From Spirochaetota bacterium (GTDB taxonomy: Bacteria > Spirochaetota > UBA6919 > CBDBPB01), in the NCBI GenBank assembly GCA_965208615.1, contig CBDBPB010000001.1, positions 352,001-416,000 on the forward strand: a stretch of DNA of 64,000 nucleotides, read 5' to 3'. The notes beneath the pieces were generated by a model, which saw nothing but the letters and a program-made list of their open reading frames with translations, was not told where the DNA came from and made no database searches. Made by a program: the position numbers and the translations under genes. This document shows positions 30,706 to 41,971 of this stretch, piece after piece. Within the stretch, counting starts at the first letter, position 1; each line of letters opens with the position of its first letter.

Positions 30706-32151
30706 CTATCCCTTTACTATACCCAAAGGCCTAAGACGAACAACCTTTTTTGCAATACCCGACTCTACAACAACATCCACAACATCAGCTACGTCCTTAT
30801 ATGCCTCAGGCATCTCTTCTGATAAGGTGTTCTTAGCCTTTGATCTAACAATAATACCTTTTTTTAAAAGCTCTTTATCAATTTTACGTCCTTTGGCGAT
30901 CTTCTTAGCCTTTGAACGACTTAATAGACGTCCAGCTCCATGACAACAGCTACCAAAGGTATAATCAAGAGCCTTATCAGTGGGTACAAGTACATAAGAA
31001 TATCTACCCATATCGCCTGGTACTAAAACAGGCTGACCAATACTTTTATAATCCTCAGGTATATCCCTATGATTAGCAGGGAATGCCCTTGTTGCACCCT
31101 TTCTATGAACACATAATTTCTTCATCTTGCCGTCAACTAAGTGATCCTCAATCTTGGCTATGTTATGAGCAACATCATAAACTACCTCTAAACCATGATT
31201 ATCCCTATCCATATTAAATAACTTCTCAAAACTCTCCCTCACCCAATGAGTGATTATCTGTCTGTTGCAAAATGCAAAGTTAATTGCTGATCCCATAGCC
31301 TTTAAATAGTCCTGCCCCTCTTTAGACTTAACAGGCGCACAACATAACTGCCTATCAGAAAGCTTAATTCCATACTTCTTGGACGCATTATCCATTATAC
31401 GTATAAAATCATCGCATATCTGATAACCAAAACCTCTAGAACCTGTGTGAATAAGTACAGTAATATGTCCAGCCTTAAGCCCCATAACTTTAGCGGATAT
31501 ATCATCATAAACCTCATCGACATAACCCACTTCTAAAAAGTGATTGCCAGATCCAAGAGTACCAAGCTGGTTACTACCGCGTCTAAAAGCTTTTTCACTT
31601 ATCACACTATAATCTGCCAAACTACTCTTTCCATTTTCTTCAGTGTGAATAAGATCCTCTTTATAGCCAAAACCATTTTTAACCCCCCACTCTGCTCCAC
31701 TAATACATACCTCTTTCATATTACTATCGGATAACCTCAAATCACCCCTATGAGAACCAAGTCCACTGGGTACGTTCCTAAAAAGAGCATCCACTAAAGG
31801 CCTTATACCATCGTGGATAGAGTCCTTATGAATGTTAGACCTCAAAAGCCTTACACCACAATTAATATCATAACCAACTCCACCAGGGGATATAACACCA
31901 TTATCAATATCGAATGCGGCTACACCCCCTATAGGAAAGCCATATCCACAATGAATATCAGGCATAGCAATAGAGTTACCAATAATACCGGGTAACTCAG
32001 ATACATTACAAATCTGATGTATACTAGAGTCATTCTCTATATCAGCAAATAACTTATTATTCGCAAAAATAATCCCCGCATTATTAGGAGCATTGTCCTT
32101 ATATACCTTAAAGCGGTATTTGTCAAGCTTTTCAACCTTATACCTATTCAT
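30706..32151 (-). CDS. rtcB: RNA 3'-phosphate/5'-OH ligase RtcB
   Basis: MPDIHCGYGFPIGG, DINCG, GNHFLE, HRKGAT and HGAGR motifs; start moved to MNRYK. Confidence 0.95.
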   Translation of the reverse strand: MNRYKVEKLDKYRFKVYKDNAPNNAGIIFANNKLFADIENDSSIHQICNVSELPGIIGNSIAMPDIHCGYGFPIGGVAAFDIDNGVISPGGVGYDINCGVRLLRSNIHKDSIHDGIRPLVDALFRNVPSGLGSHRGDLRLSDSNMKEVCISGAEWGVKNGFGYKEDLIHTEENGKSSLADYSVISEKAFRRGSNQLGTLGSGNHFLEVGYVDEVYDDISAKVMGLKAGHITVLIHTGSRGFGYQICDDFIRIMDNASKKYGIKLSDRQLCCAPVKSKEGQDYLKAMGSAINFAFCNRQIITHWVRESFEKLFNMDRDNHGLEVVYDVAHNIAKIEDHLVDGKMKKLCVHRKGATRAFPANHRDIPEDYKSIGQPVLVPGDMGRYSYVLVPTDKALDYTFGSCCHGAGRLLSRSKAKKIAKGRKIDKELLKKGIIVRSKAKNTLSEEMPEAYKDVADVVDVVVESGIAKKVVRLRPLGIVKG

Positions 32152-32378
32152 AATTTCTATAAACCACCGTAAATATATAAAAAATGTTAGTCTATTCTTA
32201 TACAAATTATTATTGTTAGTTTATAAAAAAATAACTAAATCTGTGTTTGTTTTTAGTTTTTTTTTATTTATATTAAAAACAACAACTACCTGTGCAACCA
32301 TAATTAAGATAACTTATATCTATTATTATAGCAATAGGTTAAACCGTTCATTATTATGAGTATAGTGTTAATATATAT

Positions 32379-34691
32379 ATGCAAATTGTAACTATAAAAA
32401 AATCTTATATCTTATTTTTAATTACACTTTTTATATCTTTTTTTAACTGCTCTGTTGACTCTAACAATAAGTTATTAACGGCTAGTAATACCAACACAAG
32501 GTTATTTCACTCAACCAATGTAATTATCCCCAAATACGACAAAACTCCTTTTAGAAAGCTCTATTTAAAAAAGAAATATGAAAAAATTATTCTCTTAGCT
32601 GGTAAACAAAAAAAAAGCCTAAGCCTTAAATATATTATTGGAATGAGTTATTTTCATCTTAAAAAATATACCAAGTCAATAATATATTTAAAGCCCCTAT
32701 TAAAAACTAATTTACCCATAAAAGAATGGTTATACTATCACTTAGGAGTTAGTTACCATTTTATTGGCAATAAAAAACTTTGTATTTATTACCTTGAAAA
32801 GCTAAGGACTAAATATCCACACTCTTACTTCATGGTAGATGCTATAGAAGTAGAAGGAAAAATCCTAATAGCACAAAAAAGCTATAATCAGCTGATTAAA
32901 AACTTTCTGTCGTATAAACCATCAAAAAAAGACTTTGAATACGATGAAAGATATTCATATCCAGCATACAAAAACATTTATGCTAAGCTAATGGAAAGGG
33001 TATATTATTTTATCGGAATGGCATATTTAAAAACTAAAAACTTTGATATGACAAAATATTGGCTTGAAAAGGTAATAAACCTATACTCGAAAAAGTATAC
33101 AAAAAAAGCTATATACGGCCTATCCCTAATAAATAAAAACTTTGAAAAAAACCTATCCCCTAATGCTCTTACTCTATTATGCAACTACTATTACAAAAGA
33201 AAGACTAATAAACAAAATAAAAAGAATGACTATCAAATAATAATAAAACTTCTAAGTCCGCTAAAAAACATAAATGATAAAAATATTAATATAAAAATAC
33301 TCCTTTTGTTAGCCCGTACTCATAATAAGATTAATAATAAAGAGCTGTCCCATAGCTTGTTTAAAGAGATATTTACTATCCCTTTGCCCAAAAGCAAAGA
33401 CTATCAAGAAAGTCAATATTATTATGCAAAGTTCTTAGAAAGAATCGATATTAAAAAGTCTCACTCAGTATATAAAACAATATTATCAACACAAAACCAT
33501 GCTTTTTTAGTAAAGACATATAAAAAATATTTAAGGCTATTTTATTCCAAAAATAATATTAAGCTAATACTAAAAACAGCTTTCTCTCTAAATAAGTATA
33601 AAGATATAGATAAAATCTTATTTAAGTGGCTTAATCAAAAAAAGTACGTTGATATAATAAAAGTATTCCCTGGGCTAATAAGGTATTGCAAAAATAATAA
33701 ATATGCCATAAAAATACTTTATTGGCTTGGTAAGTCAGCTAAGGAGCTTGGTAAAAAAAAGCTGGCAATAAGCTATTTTAAAAAGGCATATCTTAAATAT
33801 AAAAGAGACTATTATACGTATAACTCGCTAATAGAGCTTAAAAAGCTATTAGATAAAAATCCAGAAAAACTTAGGCTAATTTATAAGCAAGATAAAAAAA
33901 ATTATAATAACTTTTTGAGTTCATACGCTTTTAAATCCCGCATTTTTAAGCTAAAACAAAACTTCGACTTTAATAATATTAAAAGTTCACTATTTAGAAC
34001 AGCTTTTTATCTAATGGCCATGGGAGAAACATGGGAAGGATATAAATACTTTTTAAGATTTAGACATAAAATAAGACATATAGAAAAACAATATTACTTA
34101 GTAATGGCAGAGATGTTTTATAAACTTGGTCTTACTCAATATACCATTAGATTTTCTGATTTTACAATTAAATATCTTAACGGATATAACAATCATAATT
34201 ATCTTTACGATAGTTTAGCAAAAATAAGCTATCCCCTTTATTTTAAGGATATTATCTTCGAAACAGCACAAAGATATAATATTGATCCTTATCTTATACT
34301 TGCGGTGATTAGAGAAGAAAGTAGGTTTTTCTCAGAAGCAACATCTTTTTCTGGTGCTATGGGTTTAATGCAGCTTATGCCTTCTACAGGACTATCTTTA
34401 CTTCCTGGCTCTAAAAAGACTAAAAACGCTAATTTTTATGACGAAATGCTTAATATTTCCTTGGGTACTAAATATATATCCAGACTACTAAAAAATAATA
34501 CACTAACCATAACTATTGCAGGGTATAACGGAGGACCTAGTAGAGTAAGAAGACTATTGAAAAAAATAAAAAAACAAGTTAACCTTATAGATGAAGAGCA
34601 TTTTGTTGAACTAATACCAATTGATGAAACTAAAAATTATGTAAAAAAAGTACTTAGTGCATATTATAACTATATAGAGATATATGAATAA
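32379..34691 (+). CDS. Lytic transglycosylase (SLT domain) lipoprotein with TPR-like repeats
   Basis: FFNC lipobox; IREESRF, GAMGLMQLMP, GYNGG and ETKNYVKKV motifs. Confidence 0.88.
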   Translation: MQIVTIKKSYILFLITLFISFFNCSVDSNNKLLTASNTNTRLFHSTNVIIPKYDKTPFRKLYLKKKYEKIILLAGKQKKSLSLKYIIGMSYFHLKKYTKSIIYLKPLLKTNLPIKEWLYYHLGVSYHFIGNKKLCIYYLEKLRTKYPHSYFMVDAIEVEGKILIAQKSYNQLIKNFLSYKPSKKDFEYDERYSYPAYKNIYAKLMERVYYFIGMAYLKTKNFDMTKYWLEKVINLYSKKYTKKAIYGLSLINKNFEKNLSPNALTLLCNYYYKRKTNKQNKKNDYQIIIKLLSPLKNINDKNINIKILLLLARTHNKINNKELSHSLFKEIFTIPLPKSKDYQESQYYYAKFLERIDIKKSHSVYKTILSTQNHAFLVKTYKKYLRLFYSKNNIKLILKTAFSLNKYKDIDKILFKWLNQKKYVDIIKVFPGLIRYCKNNKYAIKILYWLGKSAKELGKKKLAISYFKKAYLKYKRDYYTYNSLIELKKLLDKNPEKLRLIYKQDKKNYNNFLSSYAFKSRIFKLKQNFDFNNIKSSLFRTAFYLMAMGETWEGYKYFLRFRHKIRHIEKQYYLVMAEMFYKLGLTQYTIRFSDFTIKYLNGYNNHNYLYDSLAKISYPLYFKDIIFETAQRYNIDPYLILAVIREESRFFSEATSFSGAMGLMQLMPSTGLSLLPGSKKTKNANFYDEMLNISLGTKYISRLLKNNTLTITIAGYNGGPSRVRRLLKKIKKQVNLIDEEHFVELIPIDETKNYVKKVLSAYYNYIEIYE

Positions 34692-34932
34692 TTATTTATT
34701 ATATAGGCAATAAGCATATAATTTTTAAAACTATTTGATTATTATAGTCAAATTTAATATATTTTTATTACCTGCATTGTTTGTGATGCTATGAATTATT
34801 TTTTCCCTACAATTTTATTATATGGGATTTCGATTTTTCTGTATTTTAGTGCATTTTAAGATATAGAAATAGAAGACCCTCTTTTCTACCTATGGAGAAA
34901 ATAACAGAGCACACGGCATATGCGGGTATTAA

Positions 34933-35187
34933 CTACTTTTCCTTTATTACCTTAAACTCTCCAAGCACTTCTCTTAGCCAGCTTTTGGCCTTTTCAAAAA
35001 CCTCTGATTCATCCTGACTGGTTGATATTGGAAGAGTCCTTGCTTTGTTTAGTATTATAAGCATTATTATTGATATATAATATGATGGATCTTCTTCTAG
35101 AGTACCTACATAGATGTTGGCTTTTGAGATATGGTGCTCATTATATAAATCAAAATCTATTATGCTGTATTTTTTTGGAGTGGCCAT
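34933..35187 (-). CDS. Small hypothetical protein
   Basis: 84-aa ORF with AAGGA RBS. Confidence 0.6.
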   Translation of the reverse strand: MATPKKYSIIDFDLYNEHHISKANIYVGTLEEDPSYYISIIMLIILNKARTLPISTSQDESEVFEKAKSWLREVLGEFKVIKEK

Positions 35188-35528
35188 AGGCTGTCCTTAT
35201 AAAGCCTTATTTTAGTCATTTTGTATATTAGTAAGCTTATCCGCTATAAAAGTTATACGTTTTCAATAAAAAGCTAAGTTAATATTCGTATAAACAAAAC
35301 AAATTTGTTAATAATAATTTTATAGTCTTTTTATATTTTAAAATTATCAATTGGTTAATATATCTTTTTTATGTTTATACCTTTTCTTTTAAAATAATTT
35401 TTGTTTTCTTTATCCTATATGCTAATAAGTATTTTAAACGAATATTAACAATTGGCATATATTTTATATATTCACTTTAGTCATAAGTGTTTAGCCAATA
35501 ATACTGAGTTAAATATACTAATATCATT

Positions 35529-37190
35529 ATGAATAAAAAAAACTTTATAATAAAAGTCCAACTTTTTTTTATAATTCTATCCTTAGGCTGTACAAAAAAA
35601 GTAATAACCAATGAAATCGAAGGACTTATTAAACCAAAATCCAGCAATACTAAAATACTACAAATTGCCATTTTTGCAAATAATACTAAAGATAGTGAAT
35701 TGGATATATTAGAAGGATTTATCCCTAGATTCATAAAAGAGGAGCTTATTGATGTTGATAAGATCTATCTTCCTAATAAATATAGCCTTTCTAATGAGAA
35801 GGAGGTACTAAGGGCTAAAAAATACTTTTCAATTTTTAATACTATAAAGTTGCTTGACACCATGAAAGACCTTAAATCCTCTTCGGATATTCTATCCGAA
35901 AGTGAAACTCTTAGAAAAGCAAAAAAAAGACTTGCTAATAAATTCATTTTAGAGTCTAAAGGCTTATTAGCTGACGAAAAAAATAAACATAAAAATATTG
36001 CTAGTTATATACGTTTTTATGAGTTAAATAAACTTAGGTTTAAGCCTTATATAGGGATTGACGCTGAAAAACCTTTGGATAAAGTATTAAATATCTACAA
36101 GCTTAAGGTTTCTGATAGCACTCTAGCATTAAAAACAAGACGTGTATTTGAGTTAAACCAGGTTTATTTGGATATATCCAGGAGCAGTGCAAACATTATC
36201 TTACTTGGAGACATTAAAAAAGTCAACGAAAAAATTAAAATAGAAATTAAACTCTTTGATAAGAAAAGTTTAACTTTTATTGATCTGACGTCTTACAGCT
36301 TTTCAAAGGTCAACCTTATAACTAAACTTGATAAGCACTTAGCAAAGTTTGGAAAACAGATTGCTAAAAAGTTAAGTAATCTTCCAAAAGGAGTGGTTAT
36401 AGTTGAAACTAAACCTAAGGGAGCTCATATTTTCTTGGATGGAAAAAACTTTGGAACATCAAATCGAAAGCTTACAATAGATTATGGCTTTCATAAAATA
36501 GAAATACTTAAAAAAGGCTACACTAAAATTACTGGAGAAATATTTGTTCCAAAAAATAAAACTAGACTAATCTCTATTGATCTTGACAAAATAAAAGGAG
36601 CTGGCTCTATAATTGTTAAGTCTAGTCCTGCTGGAGCTGATGTTTTCGTTGATTTAGATTATATTGGAAAAACTCCTTTAGTAATTAAAAAGATTCTTCC
36701 TGGTTATTATAAAATACGCTTAGAAAAGAAAAACTATAAAAATGCTTATCACATTACATTAGTAAAGCCGGATAAGTCGGTTTCTATAGAGTATGAATTG
36801 GTAAAAGGTAATAATAAGTATAGGGATGTGGCTGAGCTTTCGAAAAAATACAAAATAACAAAAAATGTATTTTTTTATACCGGTATTATTTCTATTACAT
36901 CGATGGTATATGCCTTTCTTCAAGAAGAAAAATATAAAGGCAGGCTATCTGCTTCAAACATTACCCAAAGCCAGAAAAATGAATATGCTAAAAAATATAG
37001 TCATTTTAGTAAAGTTCGCAAGGCTACTATAGGAACAACCGTTGGACTAGTTGCTTTAACTATTCTCTTTCAGGCTTTAGAACTATATACTGAAGATATA
37101 GAAGTTGGTTTCATTCCTAATATTTCTGATGAGAAAGGAGAAAAAGCTAAAAACGTTGGAGGAAAAATTAAAATTAAATATAAATTTTAG
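35529..37190 (+). CDS. PEGA-domain lipoprotein
   Basis: LGC lipobox; two PEGA repeats (ETKPKGAHIFLDG, SSPAGADVFVD...GKTP). Confidence 0.82.
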   Translation: MNKKNFIIKVQLFFIILSLGCTKKVITNEIEGLIKPKSSNTKILQIAIFANNTKDSELDILEGFIPRFIKEELIDVDKIYLPNKYSLSNEKEVLRAKKYFSIFNTIKLLDTMKDLKSSSDILSESETLRKAKKRLANKFILESKGLLADEKNKHKNIASYIRFYELNKLRFKPYIGIDAEKPLDKVLNIYKLKVSDSTLALKTRRVFELNQVYLDISRSSANIILLGDIKKVNEKIKIEIKLFDKKSLTFIDLTSYSFSKVNLITKLDKHLAKFGKQIAKKLSNLPKGVVIVETKPKGAHIFLDGKNFGTSNRKLTIDYGFHKIEILKKGYTKITGEIFVPKNKTRLISIDLDKIKGAGSIIVKSSPAGADVFVDLDYIGKTPLVIKKILPGYYKIRLEKKNYKNAYHITLVKPDKSVSIEYELVKGNNKYRDVAELSKKYKITKNVFFYTGIISITSMVYAFLQEEKYKGRLSASNITQSQKNEYAKKYSHFSKVRKATIGTTVGLVALTILFQALELYTEDIEVGFIPNISDEKGEKAKNVGGKIKIKYKF

Positions 37191-37358
37191 GTTAGATACC
37201 TTAAGATACTTTTACTTAAAGGCTTACATAAAAAGTATAATCTACTAACTCTAAACTGCCAATAATAACGATAGACTGTTTAACAACAACTTAAAATATA
37301 TTTCTTCCATAAACCAAAACAATATTATTAAATTATGTAATATAAAAAATAAAAGTTC

Positions 37359-37386
37359 TTGATAAGAATATTATTTTTATTATATT
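37359..37386 (+). promoter_or_regulatory. Sigma70-like promoter of adh
   Basis: TTGATA-N16-TATATT. Confidence 0.45.
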
Positions 37387-37452
37387 TATTATGTTACTTA
37401 TAATATAAGCTATGCCTTTAAACCTGGAAGGCTAAAAGTTTCCTTTTTAGTT

Positions 37453-37516
37453 CATCTACACATCTACACATCTACACATCTACACATCTACACATCTACA
37501 CATCTACACATCTACA
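37453..37516 (+). repeat. Perfect octamer tandem repeat (CATCTACA)x8
   Basis: Eight exact copies ending 40 bp before the adh ATG. Confidence 0.97.
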
Positions 37517-37556
37517 CCAAATATATAAGTCTATAAAATAAATAAAGGAGAGTTAT

Positions 37557-38585
37557 ATGTTACCTAAAAAGATGAAAGCTGCTGTAGTAAAAGATTTTGG
37601 TAAACCTCTTGTTATAGAGGAAATGCCTTTAAGAGCACCAAAGCCAAATGAAGTTGTAATGAAGGTAGTAGCAAGTGGAGTCTGTCATACAGACCTGCAC
37701 GCTGCCGAAGGCGATTGGCCAATAAAACCAAAACTTCCTCTTGTACCTGGACATGAAGGAGTAGGACATGTTGTAGCTCTGGGTAAAGACGTTAAAAACC
37801 TTAAAGAAGGGGATGCAATTGGAATACCATGGCTTTATAGCGCATGTGGCCATTGCGAGTTTTGTATTACTGGAAGAGAGAACTTATGCCTTAGTCAACA
37901 AAATTGCGGCTACTCAGTAAATGGAGGTTATGCTGAATATGCAATAGCTAATCCAAACTATATTGGTAAATTACCCTCAAACGTCAACTTTTTAGAGATA
38001 GCTCCTATTTTATGTGCAGGAGTAACAGTTTATAAAGGTCTAAAGTCAACAGATACCAAGCCAGGAGAGTGGGTTACTATATTTGGTATTGGTGGTTTAG
38101 GTCATACTGCTGTTCAATATGCTAAAGCTATGGGAAGAAAGGTGGCTGCCGTTGATATAGCACAGGATAAGTTAGACCTTGCTAAAGATTCCGGAGCAGA
38201 TATTACTATTAATGGTAAAGAGCAGAATCCTGGTGAAATACTGAAAAAAGAAATAGGGGGATCTCATGGAGTGCTTGTGACCGCAGTTTCTCGTATTGCT
38301 TTTGAGCAGGCTATTGATTGTGTTAGACGAGGAGGTACTGTATCTTTAAACGGTTTACCTCCTGGTAAAATGGCTATTTCTATTTTTGATACTATCCTAA
38401 ACGGTATAACAATAAGAGGTTCTATTGTAGGTACAAGAAAAGACTTGCAGGAAGCTATAGACTTTTCAACAGATAAAAAAGTAGGAGTCCATTATAAGAC
38501 AGAGAAAATGGAAAACATTAATAAAGTATTTGATGATATGAAAAAAGGTAAGATATCTGGCCGTATAGTGTTAGACCTTAATTAG
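37557..38585 (+). CDS. adhP: Zn-dependent alcohol dehydrogenase (AdhP type)
   Basis: GVCHTD, GHEGVG, CGHCEFC...C and GIGGLG motifs; AGGAG RBS. Confidence 0.92.
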   Translation: MLPKKMKAAVVKDFGKPLVIEEMPLRAPKPNEVVMKVVASGVCHTDLHAAEGDWPIKPKLPLVPGHEGVGHVVALGKDVKNLKEGDAIGIPWLYSACGHCEFCITGRENLCLSQQNCGYSVNGGYAEYAIANPNYIGKLPSNVNFLEIAPILCAGVTVYKGLKSTDTKPGEWVTIFGIGGLGHTAVQYAKAMGRKVAAVDIAQDKLDLAKDSGADITINGKEQNPGEILKKEIGGSHGVLVTAVSRIAFEQAIDCVRRGGTVSLNGLPPGKMAISIFDTILNGITIRGSIVGTRKDLQEAIDFSTDKKVGVHYKTEKMENINKVFDDMKKGKISGRIVLDLN

Positions 38586-38704
38586 TTTTCAAATATAAAT
38601 TAAGCCATCTTTTTATTATTATTAGGGTTTAATATTGATATTATATTACTCCCTAGTAATAACTTATTGTTCGCCATATCTTGTGAAGGATTATATTATA
38701 ACAT

Positions 38705-41620
38705 CTATTGGTAATAAATAGGCTCTCTATTCTTAAGGAGTAATAAAAGATCATCGGCTAGTAAGGGAGGACTAAAAAAGAATCCTTGAGATAAATGACA
38801 ATTATTATCCTTTAAAAAAGCTACTTGTTCCTCAGACTCAACACCTTCAGCAACAACAGTCATCTTAAGGTTTAACCCCATAGAAATAATAGTTCGCACA
38901 ATAGATGCATCATCCATATTATTAGTTATATCCCTAACAAAGGCCTTATCAATTTTTAGTTTATCAAGAGGAAAACGCTTTAAATAAGTTAGAGAGGAAT
39001 ATCCTGTACCAAAATCGTCTATAGATATCTTAATCCCCCTTTCTTTTATGCCTAATAAAATTGAATTCGCAATCTCTATATTCTCCATTATAATACTTTC
39101 TGTTAGCTCTAACTCTAAATAATTTGGATCAAGATTATTTTTCTGAAAGGCATCATCAATAGTACGAATAAGACCTTTATTTAAAAGTTGTCTTGCTGAT
39201 AAGTTAACAGCTACCGGAATACTAGGGTAACCTTTATCCTGCCATAACTTATTATTCCTACAAACAGTATTTAATACCCATTCACCAATAGGAACAATTA
39301 ATCCAGTCTCTTCAGCTAATGGTATAAACTCATTCGGAGGAATAAGCTTATCACTTTCTGGATCATGCCAATATATAAGAGCCTCTACAGCTGTAATAAA
39401 ACCAGTTCTAAGATCTACCTGCGGTTGATAACGTATATGAAATTCATTGTTATCCAATGCCCGTCTAATATTGCTTTCTAGAGTAAGCTGTGAAGTAGAT
39501 AATCCCATAGTCTTTTGAGAGTAAAATTGATAGTTATTTTTACCCTGTGCCTTTGCATGGTACATAGCAATATCAGCATGACTAAATAATGACTCAATTT
39601 CTTCACCATCACTTGGATATAATGCAATTCCTATACTAGTACTAACATACAATTCACTATCTTCCACATTAAATGGCTTAGATATTGTTTTTAAAATCTT
39701 TTCAGCGACTTCTACTATTTGTAATTTGTCTTTTAAATAGGGCAGAACAATTGCAAACTCATCACCTCCAACACGGGATACAACTACATCAGAATTAACA
39801 CACTTTTTAAGCCTTTTTCCAATTTCATGTAAGATTACATCCCCAGCAATATGCCCAAGAATATCATTTATAATTTTAAAGCGATCAAGATCCAAATACA
39901 ATAATGCAGTAGTCCAGTTATTACAGTAGGATGTAAAAAATGCCTGTTTAAGTCCTTCATGAAGCATAGCACGATTTCCTAATCCAGTAAGGGTATCATG
40001 ATAAGCTAAGTAGTTAAGTTTTTCTTCATAGCGTTTAGCTTCACTAATATCAGAAAAAACAGCAACATAATGATTAGCCTCCCCAGCCTCATTTTTTATA
40101 GAGCTAATATTAATCCATTGGGGATAAACTTCACCATTCTTACGCTTATTCCAAATTTCCCCTTCCCAATAGCCATAAGCTTTTAGATTCTTCCACATTT
40201 CTTTAAAAAAATCTGGGCTATGTTTTCCCGCACCTAAAATACTTGGTGATTTTCCAATAACTTCATTTGGCTCATACTCAGTTATAAGTGTGAAAGCTGG
40301 ATTAATCATATTAATAATACCATCTTGATCGGTTACTAAAATACCCTCATTAATATTTTCAAAAACATTAGCGGCTAATTTTAACTGCTTTTGAGCAATC
40401 TCTAATTCTTTATTATACTCCTCAAGCTCAATAGTACGCCTTTCTAATTTTTCAGTATACTTTTCTAACTGATCTTTTGCAATTTTACTTTCTGTAATAT
40501 CTTGAACTATTCCCACTAATCTTATTGGCTTTTTATTTTCATCATAATATATATTTCCTTGCTCATGTACAGTTCTCTCAGTAGAGTCAGGAAGTATTAT
40601 TCTATGGTCAAAATCAAAAAAGTTATTGTTATCCTCAAAAGCCTTATTAATTGCATCATAAACCATTTGCCGATCTTCTGGGTGAATGAAGCTTAAAAAA
40701 TTACTACGGCTAGGAAAGATCTCACCAGGAGAAAGTCCAAATATTCTATAAATCTCATCAGACCAAAATACATCATTTGTTATAATATCCCAATACCAGT
40801 TTCCTATGTGAGCAATCCTTTGAGCTTCTGCAAGACATTTTTCACTTTTTAAAAGTTTTTCTTCTACCAGCTTTTGTTTTGATATATCACTAATAGTCAT
40901 AAGAACAGCAGTTTCATTTTTCATAACAACCTTGGATATTGTTACTGAAAAAGCTAAAAAACTTAATGGCTTTCCCGAAGGTAACTTTATCTCAGCTGAT
41001 AAAACCTTATCAGAAGATAAAGCCACATCTATTTCATCAGCAGTATGACTAATTATCTTATTAATTTGAGCATAACTAAGATTAAATTTAAAATCATTAT
41101 TAATATTTGTAGATATAATCCTGTGATCACTGTTTAAGACTACAATAGTAGATGGTATATTTGTTACAATGCTATCCAAATAGTCTTTATCCATAGATAT
41201 TCTATCTAGATAAGATCTAAGCTGATCCGCCATTATATTAAATCCATTAGCCAGCTTACCAAGCTCATTCTTACTGTTAATAGAAATTCTAAAATCAAGG
41301 TTACCCTTGCTAATACTATTAACTCCATCCATAAGCTTTTCAGTATCCTTAGTTATATACTTTATAAAAATGAATGCAAATATTTGGCTTAGAACCATAG
41401 CAACAACTATAATCACTATACTAATAAAAATTAGACTATTCTCTATTCTATTTATTACTTCTTGAGCTAAGTTTTCATTAACTAAAATATATTTTATATA
41501 ATACTGAAAAAAATATAAAACTAAACATCCACCAAAAAGACTAATTATAAATAAGATTATCATTAGCTGATTAGACAACTTAAACTTTGGTAAATTGTTA
41601 TTCATTTTAATGAGCCTCAA
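38705..41620 (-). CDS. HAMP-PAS-PAS-GGDEF-EAL diguanylate cyclase/phosphodiesterase
   Basis: Two TM segments, HAMP, PAS domains, and intact GGDEF, EAL and DDFGTGYSS motifs. Confidence 0.93.
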   Translation of the reverse strand: MRLIKMNNNLPKFKLSNQLMIILFIISLFGGCLVLYFFQYYIKYILVNENLAQEVINRIENSLIFISIVIIVVAMVLSQIFAFIFIKYITKDTEKLMDGVNSISKGNLDFRISINSKNELGKLANGFNIMADQLRSYLDRISMDKDYLDSIVTNIPSTIVVLNSDHRIISTNINNDFKFNLSYAQINKIISHTADEIDVALSSDKVLSAEIKLPSGKPLSFLAFSVTISKVVMKNETAVLMTISDISKQKLVEEKLLKSEKCLAEAQRIAHIGNWYWDIITNDVFWSDEIYRIFGLSPGEIFPSRSNFLSFIHPEDRQMVYDAINKAFEDNNNFFDFDHRIILPDSTERTVHEQGNIYYDENKKPIRLVGIVQDITESKIAKDQLEKYTEKLERRTIELEEYNKELEIAQKQLKLAANVFENINEGILVTDQDGIINMINPAFTLITEYEPNEVIGKSPSILGAGKHSPDFFKEMWKNLKAYGYWEGEIWNKRKNGEVYPQWINISSIKNEAGEANHYVAVFSDISEAKRYEEKLNYLAYHDTLTGLGNRAMLHEGLKQAFFTSYCNNWTTALLYLDLDRFKIINDILGHIAGDVILHEIGKRLKKCVNSDVVVSRVGGDEFAIVLPYLKDKLQIVEVAEKILKTISKPFNVEDSELYVSTSIGIALYPSDGEEIESLFSHADIAMYHAKAQGKNNYQFYSQKTMGLSTSQLTLESNIRRALDNNEFHIRYQPQVDLRTGFITAVEALIYWHDPESDKLIPPNEFIPLAEETGLIVPIGEWVLNTVCRNNKLWQDKGYPSIPVAVNLSARQLLNKGLIRTIDDAFQKNNLDPNYLELELTESIIMENIEIANSILLGIKERGIKISIDDFGTGYSSLTYLKRFPLDKLKIDKAFVRDITNNMDDASIVRTIISMGLNLKMTVVAEGVESEEQVAFLKDNNCHLSQGFFFSPPLLADDLLLLLKNREPIYYQ

Positions 41621-41856
41621 CTAAAAAATAAAATAAGTATATGTAGTAGCTATCTTATTATATGTTAAAAGTTATTGTTAGACATAGTTAAGTGTTTTAA
41701 GTAAAAATATTATAGGTAAACTTAACTAAACTAGGTTAAAAAGTATATAACTATTTAACATTTATTAACTTTAGAAGGTGTTAACAAACGTTCTATTAAA
41801 TATAATAAAGAACATTCTAACTGCTACACTTGCTAATACCTTAAAAGAAAAATAAA

Positions 41857-41885
41857 TTGACTAAACTATAATATATAGTTATAAT
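41857..41885 (+). promoter_or_regulatory. Sigma70 promoter of dapL-tusA-dsrN-like genes
   Basis: TTGACT-N17-TATAAT. Confidence 0.65.
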
Positions 41886-41971
41886 TAAATACTTATACTA
41901 ATTATAACTATATAAATTAATTATACTAAGATAGTGCGATCCTATATTATAAAAAAACTAGGGAGATAATA

